From the NCBI RefSeq assembly GCF_000143415.4, contig NW_003314272.1, positions 2,257,728 through 2,321,727 of the forward strand: a stretch of 64,000 nucleotides of DNA, written 5' to 3'. Made by a program: the position numbers and the translations under genes. The notes beneath the pieces were generated by a model, which saw nothing but the letters and a program-made list of their open reading frames with translations, was not told where the DNA came from and made no database searches. Positions 62,280-64,000 of the stretch are shown here, in pieces (position 1 is the stretch's first letter; the number at the start of each line of letters is the position of its first letter). This DNA comes from Selaginella moellendorffii (taxonomy: Eukaryota; Plantae; Lycopodiophyta).

Positions 62280-64000
62280 CTAGCGCTGGAGCTTCTCTAA
62301 ACTATTCGTTTTTAAATTTCCGGATATTCTAATGTGCTCAAATCGCCGCCGTCCGCCCGGGTCTCGTGGATCATCCCTCGAGCGCCTCGATTCGCGTAGC
62401 TCGCTCGCTCGATGCAAGTTATGATCCTGTTGGCGAGTCTCCTCACAGCGCAAGCTCGATGCCAAGGTGCCATTTCCAAAACCTTTGGATCTCAAACAAA
62501 ACAAGGTGTGAGCTATGGTGAGCTTCAGATGATTTCTCCAGGTTACCTCGTCCGAGTTGAAGCTCTCGAGGATTATCCCGCCGCGACAGGGCACCGCAAG
62601 ATCCGACCAGTCCATGTCAAAAATTCCAAAGTCCTTGGAAAGTTCCTGGAGCAAAACAAGGAGTTTATACTGTCTAGAAGCAGGAGGGAAGTAATATACC
62701 CGACCCAAAGGTGTTTCCGGGTCGCCAATTACTCCAAGCACATAGCCTCTATAATCAGCGTTCGATCCCTGCAGTACGAAAAATACATGAGAAATCGTAT
62801 CATCAAAACCAGAACACGAACCTGTCCGTGAATCTCTAGAACTGGCGTTCCCTTCAAACTCTACACGAACGGTAAACACGATTGATCTTAGAACAATTGA
62901 TGCTACCTGTCTAGACGCCCAATTCAAATACTCCTCCCAGGAGAGGTTTGGAGCGTCGCGATCAGGACGTAAAACTTGCCAGCCATAACGACGAAGTTGT
63001 CGCTCCAAGACATTGACGACCTTGGAGAACAAAGAAAAAACATTAGAAGTTCACTACAACCAGCGTAACTTACATCAAGGTTGAATTCCCGCTCGCCAGG
63101 AGCACCAGGTTCATATCCAGGATCTATCCAATGACCTGGAACGACTGTGATTCGGTCACTCTTACCAATTTCACGCGAGGATTTGAGGTATGTAGACGTA
63201 GGTAGTACTTTGTGCCTTTTTGTCTGCCAAAACAGAGACAATCACTAGACAAACTTTTAAGATAAAGTCGAAGTACCCGCTTGCTTAAGATTTGCGACAG
63301 TTTGATAGAAGCGATTTTTAGTCGAGCCGGCAAGCTGGTTGCGAAATTTCCACAAAACGCATTTGATGGAACATCTAATTCTCCAGTAGCAACCTGGAAA
63401 CCAAGTCTTATGACCAGTGAAAATCGCCACTGCCGAGAGTTTCCAACTCACCGCTTGACATGTCTTTGTGATTTTGATCCGCTTCGAGTACTGGATTGAT
63501 AAAACATCCTCTCCTTGTTGAACTAATACTCTAAACTGCAGAAAAGTTGGCAATGGTTTCCCCAAATATAAATATCTGCTTACCAGATTTGCAGCTTGCC
63601 AGTCGAGCTTTAATCTCCATTGAGGTCCAAGTGAGCCATTAACCTGTCAGAGAACTAGAACACCTTACTTAGCACACCACAAAACAATCATGCCCAAAAC
63701 CTCTACGCTTGCACATAGTTTCGCTTCGCCACCACCAGCATCAAACGTTCTCGTTATGCTCAGCGCAGGCACGGGAAAAAGCTCGACGACAGGACGCAGG
63801 GCTGCACAGCCCAACACCCTTCAATCACTAAACGATGGAAAAAGTGAAAGATCAAACCACTCGGAGAATAAAAGCTGCAGTACCTAGCTTCCCGCAAAAC
63901 AGTGACATTGGCTTGATCTTCGCATAAGCAAATGTGCGCGGGGAATCCATTCTCCAGTCCTCTTTTTTCCAGTCCTCTTTCGTCACTTTGATCCCCAAGA
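62280..64000 (-). CDS. Unknown multi-exon gene or pseudogene continuing beyond the window edge
   Basis: A 250-codon open frame plus upstream exon-like segments flanked by GT/AG. No family recognised. Confidence 0.45.

Overview
Gene-dense land-plant nuclear DNA. The introns are very short (about 50-80 nt), intergenic gaps are tiny and telo-boxes (AAACCCTA) recur, so a lycophyte such as Selaginella is the best inference; this is not verified. Recognisable genes in order: UGT, a small secreted Cys-rich peptide, ClpR2, NFXL1, plastid RPL17, inositol transporter, GDSL lipase, MED14, PUB25/26-like U-box ligase, ISD11, LpxA, PAGR-type O-fucosyltransferase, SEN2, eIF3L, glyoxalase II, a MASE1-sensor hybrid histidine kinase, a HOTHEAD-like GMC oxidoreductase and an unknown gene. 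Three accessory blocks (1-7.6 kb, 12-15 kb, 42-53 kb) hold a degenerate DIRS/tyrosine-recombinase-type retroelement, a complete Cassandra TRIM with 5S-rRNA-derived LTRs inside a probable Helitron, a short tRNA-like Pol III element in several copies, and duplicated gene fragments (PDR/ABCG, class I GATase). All alignments and translations were done by eye, so exon boundaries and element ends are approximate.
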